A DNA stretch of 60,992 nt, taken from IMG/VR virus record IMGVR_UViG_3300030202_000714, positions 1 through 60,992 of that record, one strand, 5' to 3'. Positions within the stretch are counted from its first letter, which is position 1. Every line of letters begins with the position of its first letter. This DNA comes from a virus. Taxonomy: Duplodnaviria > Caudoviricetes. Positions 37,148 through 48,600 of the stretch are shown here, piece after piece. The notes below the pieces were generated by a model that saw only the letters and a list, made by a program, of their open reading frames with translations, was not told the DNA's origin and did no database searches. The translations under genes were made by a program, and so were the position numbers.

Positions 37148-40100
37148 ATGCCAGAATTAAAGAGACAATTTGGTGGAGGTGGTATGAATAAGGACCTCGA
37201 CGAAAGAATAGTTCCTAATGGTAAATATAGAGACGCGTTAAACATACAAGTGTCTAGTTCTGAAGCTAGTGATGTTGGTGCTGTGCAAAATATATTAGGT
37301 AATAGAAGACCGTATGGTAATGCTTTATCTAATCTAGGTAGTAATCCTATGTGTATTGGTGTTTACTCAAATACTAAAACAGAGATGATATACTGGTTTG
37401 TTGCGAGTGACACTAAGTCTTTAATACTAGAGTATGATCAAACATTAAATGTTGTTTCACCTATATTAGTAGATACGACTGGTGTTTTAGGTTTTAATGA
37501 AGCATTTTTAATAACTGGTATAAATATAATTGATGATCTATTATTTTGGACAGATGATCAAACTGAGCCAAAGAAAATAAATATAAAAACTTGGAAAGCT
37601 TATAATAGCTCTAATAGTAATTATACACACACACAAATAAGTAGTGCTAACTTTACAGAAGACCACATAACAGTAATAAAGAAAGCTCCAATCAAACCAC
37701 CAACTATAGCAATGTCAGCATCTAAAAGAACTGGTATTGTTGAAACTACATTATTACAAAAAAGATTTACAGAAACAACAGATCCTTTTGATGCTATAAG
37801 TACTGGTAATTACGGTGCTGTTACGTTTTCAACAACACCAAATTTTGAAGTTGGAGATAAATTAAGGGTAACATTACTTAGCGGTGCTGCAGATGAAGAG
37901 ATTATACTTAGTGTAACAGCTGTAGCAGGTGCCTCGTTTACAGTTAATGTAGATGTTATCTCAGAAAACATAGAAGAAGGTTTACAAGATTGGAAAGTTG
38001 AGTTAATAGAAGAAAAACCTATGTTTGAGTTTAAATTTCCTAGGTTTTCATATAGATATAAATTTGATGACAACGAATATTCAGCTATAGGACCTTATAG
38101 TAAAGTAGCATTTTTACCATCTGATTTTGATTATGCTCCTAAAAAAGGTTATAATAAAGGTATGGTTAACAATGTTAGATCTTTAAAAATAGGTGGTTTT
38201 ACAGAAGGAGCACCTCATGGTGTTAAAGAGATAGACATATTATATAAAGATACAGCTAGCAACAATATATACACAGTACAAAGTATAAAAACAACAGATG
38301 AAGAATATACAGCTGGTACCAATGGTGAAGTTGAAATAACTTCAGATGTTATATATAAAGTTTTACCTTCAATTCAAGCATTGAGACCATGGGATAATGT
38401 TCCTAGAAAAGCTAAAGCTCAAGCTATGTCAGCTAATAGGATTATGTATGGTAACTACTTAGAAAACTTTGATATGAAAGATTCTAGTGGTGATGATATA
38501 AGCGTTAGGTTTGATGTATCTATAGTTCAAAACCCCTCAGTATCAACTTTAGAAAAAGAACCATACCCATCTATCAAATCGCTTAGAACATATCAAGTTG
38601 GTGTTGTTTATAGAGACAAATATGGTAGAGAAACACCAGTGTTTACTGATACATCTGGTTCTTTTACATTAGATAAATTATCCGCTATAAACTACAATGT
38701 TTTAAAAGTAAAAATAACTAGTCCAATACCACATTGGGCTGAGTCATATAAATACTTTGTAAAAGAATCTTCAGACGAATATTATAATTTAGCTATGGAT
38801 AGACATTATCCAGCTGAAGATGGTAATGTTTGGATAGCTTTCCCTTCATCAGAAAGAAATAAAGTATCAGAAGAAACATTTTTAGTTTTAAAGAAAAGAC
38901 ATAATGATGATACGTTTGTTGAAGATGAAGCTAAATATAAAATAATAGCTATTGAAAACGAAGCTCCTGATTTTTTAAAAATAGAAAGAGTTACACAAGG
39001 TGTTTTAAATTCTACTAACTCTGGACAACAAAATGAAAACATATTTTTATCCACTGGTTTTCCTGAGCCAGATAGAACTTACATGCACATATTAAAAAGT
39101 AAGTGGAAGAAAGTTTTTGGAGGTGGTGAAAATGATTTTAATGAAAACACACCACCTGTTCATCATAAATCTGACTTAATAGTTAGAGTGTTATCAGCTG
39201 GTAATAAAACAAAATGGTATGATATTGCTAATTTAAAACTTGTTGAAGCAGGTAGCAATGATTATTATGAAGTCGAGTTAGAAGATAAATTAACAGAAGA
39301 TGATGTTTCTTTTATAGGTGCTTATAGCGCTAGTGATAATAGTTTATCTTTAGAGATTGCTCAAAAAAATATTAAAACACAACCTGAATTTGGTGGTAGA
39401 TTTTTTGCTAAAATAGAAAGAGATGGTGTTTTAGAATCAGCTATTTTAAATAATGAAAACACAGATGATTATAGTGTTATAGCTAACACACATATATACG
39501 CTAACAGTTTTGCACCTGATAAATCACAAGATTATTGGAGAAATGCTCAAAAAGGTGTTTATCCAGGTGGAGCAGGAAGAAATGATACATATCACGGTGA
39601 ATGGTTTTTATGTAGAAATATATATAGACATTATAAAGATGCTGGTGGTACTTTAGTTACTAACGGTAATAAATACAGAGGTGGTTTAGGTGGTGTTACA
39701 AGTCACAGCAATGCTCATGATGTTAGAGGTTTTGGAGCTCAATCTGGTAATGACTTTATTGAAATAGCTTATCACTGGTGGTATGATCAGGATAGAGAAG
39801 CTTGGCAAGGTGCTTGGAATAACTTTGAGTACCAACATAGACCTGCTTATAAAAATCTAGTAACCTCAATGCAAACAACAAACATGAAGTTTAGGTTTAC
39901 TGATGACCCTGATCAAACTGTTTATCAAATAAAAGGATATAGAAGAAGTAATATAGGTGCTTTTAAAGATGGTGCTATAGGTAGATGGGGTAGTATGAGA
40001 ATTATTAAATGGACTTTAAAACTAGATAAGCAAATACAATGGGCGCCAGAAGATAATGGACACACATCAAAAGCGTCGGCTACTCAAATAGAGTTTTTAG

Positions 40101-41422
40101 ATATATATGCTGGTGGTGACGAAAAAGGTTTTACAAGTGATAATCCAGCTATATTTGAAACAGAACCAAAAGATATAACAGATCTAAATCTATATTTTGA
40201 GACGGATCAAGCTTATAATAAATCAGTACATGGTAACGAGCAAACTTTAGATTATTCAAACTGTTGGAGTTTTGCTAACGGTGTAGAGTCTGATAGAATT
40301 AGAGATGATTTTAATGCTTTTAAATTAAACAAAGGCGTGAAAGCTAGTACTATATTAGAAACACCTTATGCTGAAGAAAGAAAATCAAACTTTGTTATAT
40401 TCTCTGGGCTTTATAATTCTATAAGTGGAACAAACAATACTAATCAATTTATACAAGCTGATAAAATAACAAAACAAATAAACCCTGTTTATGGATCAAT
40501 ACAATTAATGAGACATAGACATGGTGGTCTAGATGTTTTATGTGAAGATAAATGTTTTAAAATACCTACAAACAAAGATATATTATTTACAGCTGAAGGT
40601 AGCAAACAAGTAACAGTATCTTCAGATGTACTAGGAACAGTAAATCCTTACACTGGTGAGTTTGGTATTAGTAAAAATCCTGAGTCTTACACTCAATATG
40701 GTTACAGAGCGTACTTTTCAGATAAAGCCAGAGGAGTGATTCTAAGACTCTCTGCTGATGGTCTTGAGCCTATATCACGTTATGGTATGGAAGATTACTT
40801 TAAGGACAACCTAGAAGTGTCTACGACGGTTATAGGTAGTTATGATACTAATAAGAAAGAATATAATATAACTTTAAACCATAATACAATATCTTTTAAA
40901 GAAGATACTAATGCTTGGACAAGTAGAAAAAGTTTTTTACAAGAAGATGGTGTGAGTTTAAATAATAAATACTACACATTTAAACACGGTGATCTTTGGG
41001 TTCACGATAATGAAGTTAGAAATGAATTTTATGGTAATCCATATGACTCAAGTATTAAATTTATATTTAACGATGCTCCTGGTTCTGTCAAACAATTTAA
41101 AACTCTAAACTACGAAGGCTCACAAGCTAGAATATTCCAAGATAATAGTGGTAATGCTGACACAGATAATAACTTCTTTAACAAAAATAATACCGCTGGT
41201 TGGTGGAGTAATTCTATAGAGTCTGATAAACAAAGTGGTAATGTATTAAAGTTTGTAGAAAAAGAGGGTAAATGGTTTAACTATATACAAGGTACACAAA
41301 CAACATTGTCTAATTTAGATACAAGTGAGTTTAGTGTTCAAGGTTTAGGTAGTGGATCTGTATCCGCAAGTAGCGATTACTCATATAAAGTAACAATAAC
41401 AGTAAACGAAAATAACGACTAA
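37148..41422 (+). CDS. Tail nozzle/stabilisation protein (P22 gp10 / tubular protein B-like)
   Basis: MNKDLDER..P.G.YRDALN, LFWTD...PKKIN, FKTLNYEG, KEGKWFNYI. Confidence 0.7.
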   Translation: MPELKRQFGGGGMNKDLDERIVPNGKYRDALNIQVSSSEASDVGAVQNILGNRRPYGNALSNLGSNPMCIGVYSNTKTEMIYWFVASDTKSLILEYDQTLNVVSPILVDTTGVLGFNEAFLITGINIIDDLLFWTDDQTEPKKINIKTWKAYNSSNSNYTHTQISSANFTEDHITVIKKAPIKPPTIAMSASKRTGIVETTLLQKRFTETTDPFDAISTGNYGAVTFSTTPNFEVGDKLRVTLLSGAADEEIILSVTAVAGASFTVNVDVISENIEEGLQDWKVELIEEKPMFEFKFPRFSYRYKFDDNEYSAIGPYSKVAFLPSDFDYAPKKGYNKGMVNNVRSLKIGGFTEGAPHGVKEIDILYKDTASNNIYTVQSIKTTDEEYTAGTNGEVEITSDVIYKVLPSIQALRPWDNVPRKAKAQAMSANRIMYGNYLENFDMKDSSGDDISVRFDVSIVQNPSVSTLEKEPYPSIKSLRTYQVGVVYRDKYGRETPVFTDTSGSFTLDKLSAINYNVLKVKITSPIPHWAESYKYFVKESSDEYYNLAMDRHYPAEDGNVWIAFPSSERNKVSEETFLVLKKRHNDDTFVEDEAKYKIIAIENEAPDFLKIERVTQGVLNSTNSGQQNENIFLSTGFPEPDRTYMHILKSKWKKVFGGGENDFNENTPPVHHKSDLIVRVLSAGNKTKWYDIANLKLVEAGSNDYYEVELEDKLTEDDVSFIGAYSASDNSLSLEIAQKNIKTQPEFGGRFFAKIERDGVLESAILNNENTDDYSVIANTHIYANSFAPDKSQDYWRNAQKGVYPGGAGRNDTYHGEWFLCRNIYRHYKDAGGTLVTNGNKYRGGLGGVTSHSNAHDVRGFGAQSGNDFIEIAYHWWYDQDREAWQGAWNNFEYQHRPAYKNLVTSMQTTNMKFRFTDDPDQTVYQIKGYRRSNIGAFKDGAIGRWGSMRIIKWTLKLDKQIQWAPEDNGHTSKASATQIEFLDIYAGGDEKGFTSDNPAIFETEPKDITDLNLYFETDQAYNKSVHGNEQTLDYSNCWSFANGVESDRIRDDFNAFKLNKGVKASTILETPYAEERKSNFVIFSGLYNSISGTNNTNQFIQADKITKQINPVYGSIQLMRHRHGGLDVLCEDKCFKIPTNKDILFTAEGSKQVTVSSDVLGTVNPYTGEFGISKNPESYTQYGYRAYFSDKARGVILRLSADGLEPISRYGMEDYFKDNLEVSTTVIGSYDTNKKEYNITLNHNTISFKEDTNAWTSRKSFLQEDGVSLNNKYYTFKHGDLWVHDNEVRNEFYGNPYDSSIKFIFNDAPGSVKQFKTLNYEGSQARIFQDNSGNADTDNNFFNKNNTAGWWSNSIESDKQSGNVLKFVEKEGKWFNYIQGTQTTLSNLDTSEFSVQGLGSGSVSASSDYSYKVTITVNENND

Positions 41423-43299
41423 TGGCATTAACTAACTGTACAATAAATTCCACATCTGTTGAGGTTACACCATCACAAGCTTTAGGATCTGGTGTTGCTA
41501 ACCAAGTGTTAACAATAACACCTAATACTGGTTATAGAGTTGCTGCTGCTGATTTTGCTCAAAATACAGATTTATCAGCTGTTCCATTTGTTAATCAAAT
41601 TAACAACATAACATTAACAAATAGTGGTACGGCTTATGCTGAAAGTAATAAAGTTATTGTAACAATAGATCTTAAAGATACATTTAACCCAGGAACTAAC
41701 AATCATACTTTTACTATAGATATTGATGGTGCTGCTGTGTTAGAAAAAAATATACCTAAAACTTTATCAGGTGTTTTTAATGTAACTGTAAACAACGCTA
41801 CAACCGCAGCCTCAAATCAAGCTTATTCAGCTACAGCTACAAGTGGTACTACAGTAGATTTATTTACTAGAACTGTAACAGCTACTAGTGGTAATTACTT
41901 TGAAGTAGCACCAACAATTGAAGTTGCAACAGGAAACGTTGATAACTATGTAATAACAGCTACGCCTAACGGCACTGGTACTAATCACACTGCTACAACT
42001 TTTAATGTTGATGGTATAATACCTTTGATAACAGATACTTCTGATGTTATAAATATAGATGCAAGAGCTGTAACTATACCAGTTGCTTTAAATAGAATTA
42101 ATAGCTATAGCATGGATACTTCAGACGCTCCATATGTTTTAACTAAAAGAGGTTTAACTGTATACGGTGATGTAGGTGCTAAATTTGAAGTTAATATAAC
42201 TAGAACAGGTGATAGTCATACTTATGATTTTTCAGCGGGTAATTTTACTAGCTCTAATACTAACTCTGGTACTTTAACAATAGGTAGTAACGGACAACAT
42301 GCTCAGTTAATAACTTTACCTTTAGTTGTAGCTGACGTAACTTATACAATAACTATAAGTGAAAAACCTCCAACAGCTGATAACATATCACAAACAAATC
42401 CTTTTACTATAAACAGAAGAGGATTTAAAACTGTTACAGCTAGCGCTTCATCAACTAGTAGAGGAACATTAAGTTCTGTAGCTTCCACATATACTAATTA
42501 TGCTGGCACAACTATAAACCATAGCGCAGGAGCTAATGCGATAAATGGACAAAGTGGTACTGAAATTGAAAGTAATAACGGTGCTGAGTTTAATTTTGTT
42601 ACTGTTATACAAGATGATCAAGCTTTTACTTTTAGTGGGACTAATGCTCTTTCAAGTAGTATGACGTTAACATCAAGTCACTATGGTATAACCGGTAATG
42701 CTAACATAGTTGCTGGAACAATTACAGCTGTAAGATCTGCTGACAATAGTGGAAATGCTAATAGAAAACTAACAATAACTGGAACAGACTGGTATAATTG
42801 GCAACATGGAACAAGTAATACTGTTATAAACTTTAACATTGATCAATTTTGTGACGCAGGTGGTAGTAATCCAGGTGGTAGTAATGTACTTACTATAGGA
42901 AATACACAATTCCAAGATGTTACAGGTGGTAATAGCACAATATTATACCCTAGTGGTTATATACAAGGTGTCACTGGTAGAACATCTGGATCATCAACTA
43001 TAACATATACTTTAGCTGGTGTTCAGTTATCTAGTAATGATTTTCCTTCTTATGTAGATACAAGCGGTGATGTAACAATTACAGCGGGTAACTATGGCGC
43101 TACTACAACTAAATTTAATAGCGCTAACTACGCTACTTCATTAACTAGTTTTAACGTTGCTAATCAAGGTACAAGCTCAAGGGTTTTAACTATGGATATA
43201 ACTGTAACAATAACTAGCTTTAGTCCGAATGTAGCGGCTAACGATGTACACAACTTAAAAGTTATGATTGCTTTCGCTAACGACGGTGCTAACCCATAA
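41422..43299 (+). CDS. Thr/Asn-rich beta-sandwich virion protein
   Basis: LTITPNTGY and other Ig-like strand patterns. Confidence 0.6.
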   Translation: MALTNCTINSTSVEVTPSQALGSGVANQVLTITPNTGYRVAAADFAQNTDLSAVPFVNQINNITLTNSGTAYAESNKVIVTIDLKDTFNPGTNNHTFTIDIDGAAVLEKNIPKTLSGVFNVTVNNATTAASNQAYSATATSGTTVDLFTRTVTATSGNYFEVAPTIEVATGNVDNYVITATPNGTGTNHTATTFNVDGIIPLITDTSDVINIDARAVTIPVALNRINSYSMDTSDAPYVLTKRGLTVYGDVGAKFEVNITRTGDSHTYDFSAGNFTSSNTNSGTLTIGSNGQHAQLITLPLVVADVTYTITISEKPPTADNISQTNPFTINRRGFKTVTASASSTSRGTLSSVASTYTNYAGTTINHSAGANAINGQSGTEIESNNGAEFNFVTVIQDDQAFTFSGTNALSSSMTLTSSHYGITGNANIVAGTITAVRSADNSGNANRKLTITGTDWYNWQHGTSNTVINFNIDQFCDAGGSNPGGSNVLTIGNTQFQDVTGGNSTILYPSGYIQGVTGRTSGSSTITYTLAGVQLSSNDFPSYVDTSGDVTITAGNYGATTTKFNSANYATSLTSFNVANQGTSSRVLTMDITVTITSFSPNVAANDVHNLKVMIAFANDGANP

Positions 43300-43310
43300 A
43301 ATAAATAGAT

Positions 43311-43697
43311 ATGCCAAGTATAACAGTAACATTTACTAACGAATTAAACGAATCAGTGCAATTAGGAGACGTATTATACTATGTTAATCCTAGTAGTGAA
43401 ACTATGCAAGGAGATCATGGATCTAGTGGAACTCAAACACCTATACTAAATAGTAATAATATTATTGAGGTTGGCGTAATAACAGCTATAAACTATGCTA
43501 CAAATGTAATAACAGCTGATATAGATAACTCTACAGCTTTACCAACTGGTAGCAGTTTCTTTTTATTTAGTAAAGATAATAGAGCTAATATGTCTAGTTT
43601 ACTAGGATATTATGCTGAAGTTGAGATGACAAATAACTCTAATATAAAAGCAGAGTTATTTAGCGTAGGATCAGAAATATTTGAATCTAGCAAATAA
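43311..43697 (+). CDS. Small tail structural protein
   Basis: LLGYYAEVEM.N....AELFSVGSEIFESS. Confidence 0.6.
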   Translation: MPSITVTFTNELNESVQLGDVLYYVNPSSETMQGDHGSSGTQTPILNSNNIIEVGVITAINYATNVITADIDNSTALPTGSSFFLFSKDNRANMSSLLGYYAEVEMTNNSNIKAELFSVGSEIFESSK

Positions 43698-43725
43698 TGT
43701 GTAATAATAATATAAATAATTTAAA

Positions 43726-44379
43726 ATGAAAAAATACCAAGGATCTTCACCATTAAAATTTATACCACAAGCGGCTCAAGCGGTTGGAATAGCTGCTAAA
43801 ATAGGTATGGGTTTAGCTGGTAGAAAAAAGAAAAAAGCTCAATTGAAGAACGCTCAAGGAGCATATGATATGCAAAGACAACAATTTGAAAACATGGATA
43901 CGTCTAATTTATACATGGATAAAGAAAATGTATTTGAAGATGCTACTGTAAGTACACAGGCTGCAGATTTTGCTAAAGCTCAAGCTTTACAAAGTCAATC
44001 AAACACTATGGATCAGTTTAGTCAAGCTGCAGGTGGTTCTGGTATTGCCGCTCTAGCTCAAGCAATGGCTGGTTCATCAAATCAACAAGCTCAAGCAAGT
44101 TCTGGTGATTTGAAAAAACAAGAAATAACCAACGAAAGAAATACTATGGCTGAAGCTGGTAGAATACAAGACCAACAAATAGAAGGAGAATATACAAAGA
44201 GAGATCATGAGTTAGGAAAAATAGATACTCTAATGCAATTAACTGGTCAAGAGCTTCAAGCTGCGCAAGCTGCTAAGTCAGCAAGTGATCAAATGTTAAT
44301 AGGTGGTGTTGGTGATGCATTAGGTATGGCTACTCCAAACATGGCTCAATTTTTAAAAGGTAAACCAAAAAACGTATAG
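43726..44379 (+). CDS. Probable ejection (DNA pilot) protein
   Basis: Ala/Gly/Gln-rich with a hydrophobic N-terminal segment after SPLK; first of three genes in the podovirus core-protein position. Confidence 0.6.
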   Translation: MKKYQGSSPLKFIPQAAQAVGIAAKIGMGLAGRKKKKAQLKNAQGAYDMQRQQFENMDTSNLYMDKENVFEDATVSTQAADFAKAQALQSQSNTMDQFSQAAGGSGIAALAQAMAGSSNQQAQASSGDLKKQEITNERNTMAEAGRIQDQQIEGEYTKRDHELGKIDTLMQLTGQELQAAQAAKSASDQMLIGGVGDALGMATPNMAQFLKGKPKNV

Positions 44380-44385
44380 AATATT

Positions 44386-45642
44386 ATGTATTATAATCAA
44401 CAATCAATTTACGACGCTGCTGGTGGTGGTAGATCTGTAAACGTTAAAACAGCTTTTGATATAGGTTATGAAGCAGCTACGGGAGGTAAAGGTAGTGACA
44501 ATCCAACTAGATCTGTAAAAAACTTTTATGAACAGAAGCTAGCTAACTACCTAAAAAAATTACCAGCTGATGTTGACTTAGCTGCAGTACCTAATAAGTA
44601 TAGAGGTGGTATATCTCAGTTTTTATCAAAGCAAAAACAAGCATATGTTGATGCTGCTAATAGCGTTGACGAATATGAGGTTGGTAGCGAAGATTATATG
44701 AATAGAGTTGCTATAATGAATCAAATAAAAAGTTCGTTTGAAAATTTAGATAAACAAATGAAACTTTATGGTGAAAACAAAAAAGAATTAATAGAAGATA
44801 TTGAAGGTCAACAAACTTCTATGTATGGTGAAAATCAAGCTAATGTAAATTTACTAAGAAGTATTTTTAATGAAGAACTTGATATGGTTATAGATGAAAC
44901 CGGTAACGTTAAATTTGTAGGTGATGATGGTGAGTTATCTTTAAATGACTTACCTGATTATGCTATAAAAGATTATGAAACAGCTACAGCTATGACTAAA
45001 ATGGGTGTTGATGTTTATAAAAATTCTTTAAAAACAGGACAAGTTTTAAACGTAAATAATCCCATGTATTTTCAATATCAAAACCAATTAAAAACAGCTA
45101 TTGATCAAGGTGGTACTTCAACTCTAATGTCTATACTACATGACGGCTTAGTTGGTAATGTGGTTTTAGCTGATGGTATGAAAGATCAAATTCAAGCATA
45201 TAAAGATGGTAACTTAAGTTTTAGTGAGTTAAGAGATCAAGTTGTAAATAACTACATGGACGTTTTGGTTAAACAATCACAAACAGGCGTTAGTCAAAGA
45301 AAAGTAAATCCAAGTAAGTTAAATACAGGTGGTGGTACTGGCGGTAGCTCGACTGATATTAAAAATCAAAATAAAGTAAATAAACTTACTGATGCTTGGA
45401 ATAATAAAAATATAAATGATATAGAGCTATATTTACCTACAAATTTAGAAATAAAACAATTGGGAGAAAATTTCTACATAAATGATAAGCTTATAGATCT
45501 TAATAACCCCGATTCTTTCTTTGATGTTTTAAGATATGCTAGAATTGATCCTATATACTGGCCGCAGCTTACAGAGCAAGAAAATACAGAAGAAATAAAC
45601 CAGCAAACTAACTCCAACGTTGGTGCAGCTGATAACTTTTAA
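44386..45642 (+). CDS. Probable internal virion/ejection protein
   Basis: 418-aa helical protein between the pilot-like gene and the giant gene. Confidence 0.55.
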   Translation: MYYNQQSIYDAAGGGRSVNVKTAFDIGYEAATGGKGSDNPTRSVKNFYEQKLANYLKKLPADVDLAAVPNKYRGGISQFLSKQKQAYVDAANSVDEYEVGSEDYMNRVAIMNQIKSSFENLDKQMKLYGENKKELIEDIEGQQTSMYGENQANVNLLRSIFNEELDMVIDETGNVKFVGDDGELSLNDLPDYAIKDYETATAMTKMGVDVYKNSLKTGQVLNVNNPMYFQYQNQLKTAIDQGGTSTLMSILHDGLVGNVVLADGMKDQIQAYKDGNLSFSELRDQVVNNYMDVLVKQSQTGVSQRKVNPSKLNTGGGTGGSSTDIKNQNKVNKLTDAWNNKNINDIELYLPTNLEIKQLGENFYINDKLIDLNNPDSFFDVLRYARIDPIYWPQLTEQENTEEINQQTNSNVGAADNF

Positions 45643-45652
45643 ATAAATAAAT

Positions 45653-48600
45653 ATGAGTGATGCTAAGTTTATGACACGTCAGTATAATGTTGCTGGCGCT
45701 AGCTACAACATTACTGATAAACATCAAGAAATGCAAGATGATTACGATGAGTATCTTGTGGAACAAGAAAGATTAGAAGAAGAGGAAAGAAGATTACATC
45801 TTGAAAAAACTCAAAAAAGCTTACCTAAACTATATAAATATTTAGTTGAAAACGGTATATATACTAAGCCGTTTAATAATTTCACAGAACAGTTTTACAA
45901 TGAACAAAGTAGAGAAAAACTACATAGTTATTTACAAGAACAAAAAGCATACACTAAAGGTTATGAAGCTTTTAATGAACAGTTTTTTTCTGACGATGTT
46001 GAATATTATGGTGATTATTCAATTGATGGATCATACACTAATAATACTATAGAAAGTGATTATTCTAAATCTTTAGCTGGTATTGGTCATGCTATTTGGG
46101 GAGGCGCTAAACAAGGTTACTGGAGAGCTTCTTCTATGGACGATATAGCTAATGTTATGGAGTTTAATCCTGAAGGTATAACTGATGAAGATATATCTAA
46201 ATTTATAACTGCAGCAGAAGAATTAGAAGAAATGGGTGGACCTAGTAGAGTTACTAAACTTTGGCAAAAAGTTTATGATGAAGAAATGGACAAGGGCACT
46301 AATGGTGTTGTTGCTTGGCTTAGAGCTACAGAAGCAACTGGTGGTGTTTCTTATATTGCAGAAAATTTTCTAGCGAGTATGGGAGGTATGATTAACTTTG
46401 AGAGTGCAAAAGCCGCTGTAGCTGGTGGAGCTACAGGTGCTGGTGGAGGTTTTATGGTTGGTGGACCAAAAGGAGCTGCTGTTGGTGGAGTCGCTGGCGC
46501 TTGGGGTGGTGTTAATGCTTACAATGATGCGTTGATGAGTTTTAAAGCTTCTTTAGACGAAGAACTACAAGAAAGGGGTTTGCCTAGAAATATAGAGAAT
46601 TTAAGAGTATTATTTAGAGATGAAGAGTTTTATGATAAAGCTCGTAATCAAGCTGTAGCAAGAGGTGTAGCTATTGGCGTTATCGAATCTGTTTTTACAG
46701 TGGCTGGTGGTAAAGGAGCTACAGCAATTATAAGAAGCGCACCTAAAACAACCGTGGTTAGAGGTTCAAGAATAATACCAAAAGCTAGTACTATAAAAGC
46801 AAGTGGTGTGGTTGGTGTTTCAGAAGTTGCTGGCGGTATGACCGGTGAAGCTGTTGGTTTAAAAATACAAGGCAAAGAACTAGATGCTGGTGAAATAATT
46901 AACGAGGGTGTTATAGGACTAGGTGGCGCTCCTGTTACTGGAGCGGTTAGTTTGTTATCAAACGTTAGAAAAGGTGAATATTCTATTGATGGTAAAAATG
47001 TTACACCTCAACAAATGCAAGATATTATTGATACAGCTACAAACGAGGAGGTAACAGCTATGGACATTGTTATTAAAAACGACAATGAATTATCACAGTA
47101 TGTAAATAAAATACAACAAGAAACACAATTAAAAGCATCCATAGATCCAAGAGTTACAAATAAAACAGATAGAGATGCTTTGTTTGAATTAGAAAGAAGA
47201 GCACTAAAATTTATAGGTAATGATTCATCTTTTGCTAAATCTCAATTAGCGGATATACAAAGTCAAATAAAAGATATAAATTCTAAGTACTCAAGAAAAG
47301 GTAGAAAGTCAAAAGCTACTTTACAAAACGAAGCGGATAGATCAAGAGTTGCTAACGCTATTAAAAAAAGAAAAGCAGAAGAACAAGCTAGATTTGCTGA
47401 AACTGGTGCTAAAAAACTTGGTTTAAAAACCGTAGCAGCAAACACTACAAAAGGTCTTAACAAAATAATAAAAGACAATAAAATAAATCTAACAAAAAAA
47501 CAAAAATCTCAATTAAATCTTATAGGTGGTTTTATTGATAAAGGTGTAATATATATAAATAAAGAAGCCGCAGCTAATACGCTTCAATTTAATGTTGGTG
47601 CGCATGAGTTGCTTCATGGTATTTTAAACGCTAAAGTAAAAAATCAAAAGGCTTTAATGAACGATATACAAAGAATATTACCAGATAATATCAATGCTGC
47701 TATTATAAAAAGGATGCAAGACAGAGGTTATGAAAGAGGCAAACAGCATCAAGAATATCTTACAGTTATGTCAGACATGCTAAACCCTAATGATAAATCT
47801 GCAGCTGCTATGGAAGTAAAAAGTTTGTTTAAAGACAAAGGTATTGTAGATAATATAAAGCAGTTTATTATAAATATACTCAGAAGATTTGGTTATAAAA
47901 ATATAGACTTTAATAAAGCAGAAGATGTATTAAAGTTTATGCAAGAGTATACAGATAGTGTTAAAGAAGGTCAAATATCACAAGCTTTAGTAGATGAAAT
48001 AGGACCAATAACAGCTGAACAAGCTACACTTTCAGAAGCACAACTTTCTTTAAACGCTGTAGATTCACAATTAGTAAATGAAATATATAGAGAGCAAGGT
48101 ATAACAGATCTTAGTGCTTTTGAAATGTTAAATGTATTAAGACCTACAGCTCAAGGTATAGCTCGTAGATATGAGCAAAGACCTAATTATTCTGAGTTTG
48201 CAGATATACTTGTAGATGAAATACAAACAGGTGAAAGAGGTATGCTAGATGTTATAAGAAGTTATCCTGAGTACGTTAAGAAACAACAACTAAAAGGTAA
48301 AGAACCTGCACCATTGTCCGGCTATTTAAATAATGCTTTTTCTACAAAAACAGGTTTTAAAAGGTATGTTGAAATAGCTGATAGAATTTTAGGTAAAGAC
48401 GAGGGTAGTCAGTTTACAACAAGTATAGATGATACAACTCAACAAATAGCAGATCAACCTGTAGAAACAAAAAAGACTAAACCAGTTACAAAGATAGATC
48501 CTAGAGATATAGTAAAACCTAAGTTTAAAAAAGCTTATAACGAAACTGTGACTTTAGATAATGTAGATCTTGAAAACCCAAGCTTTAAAAAAATAAAAGG

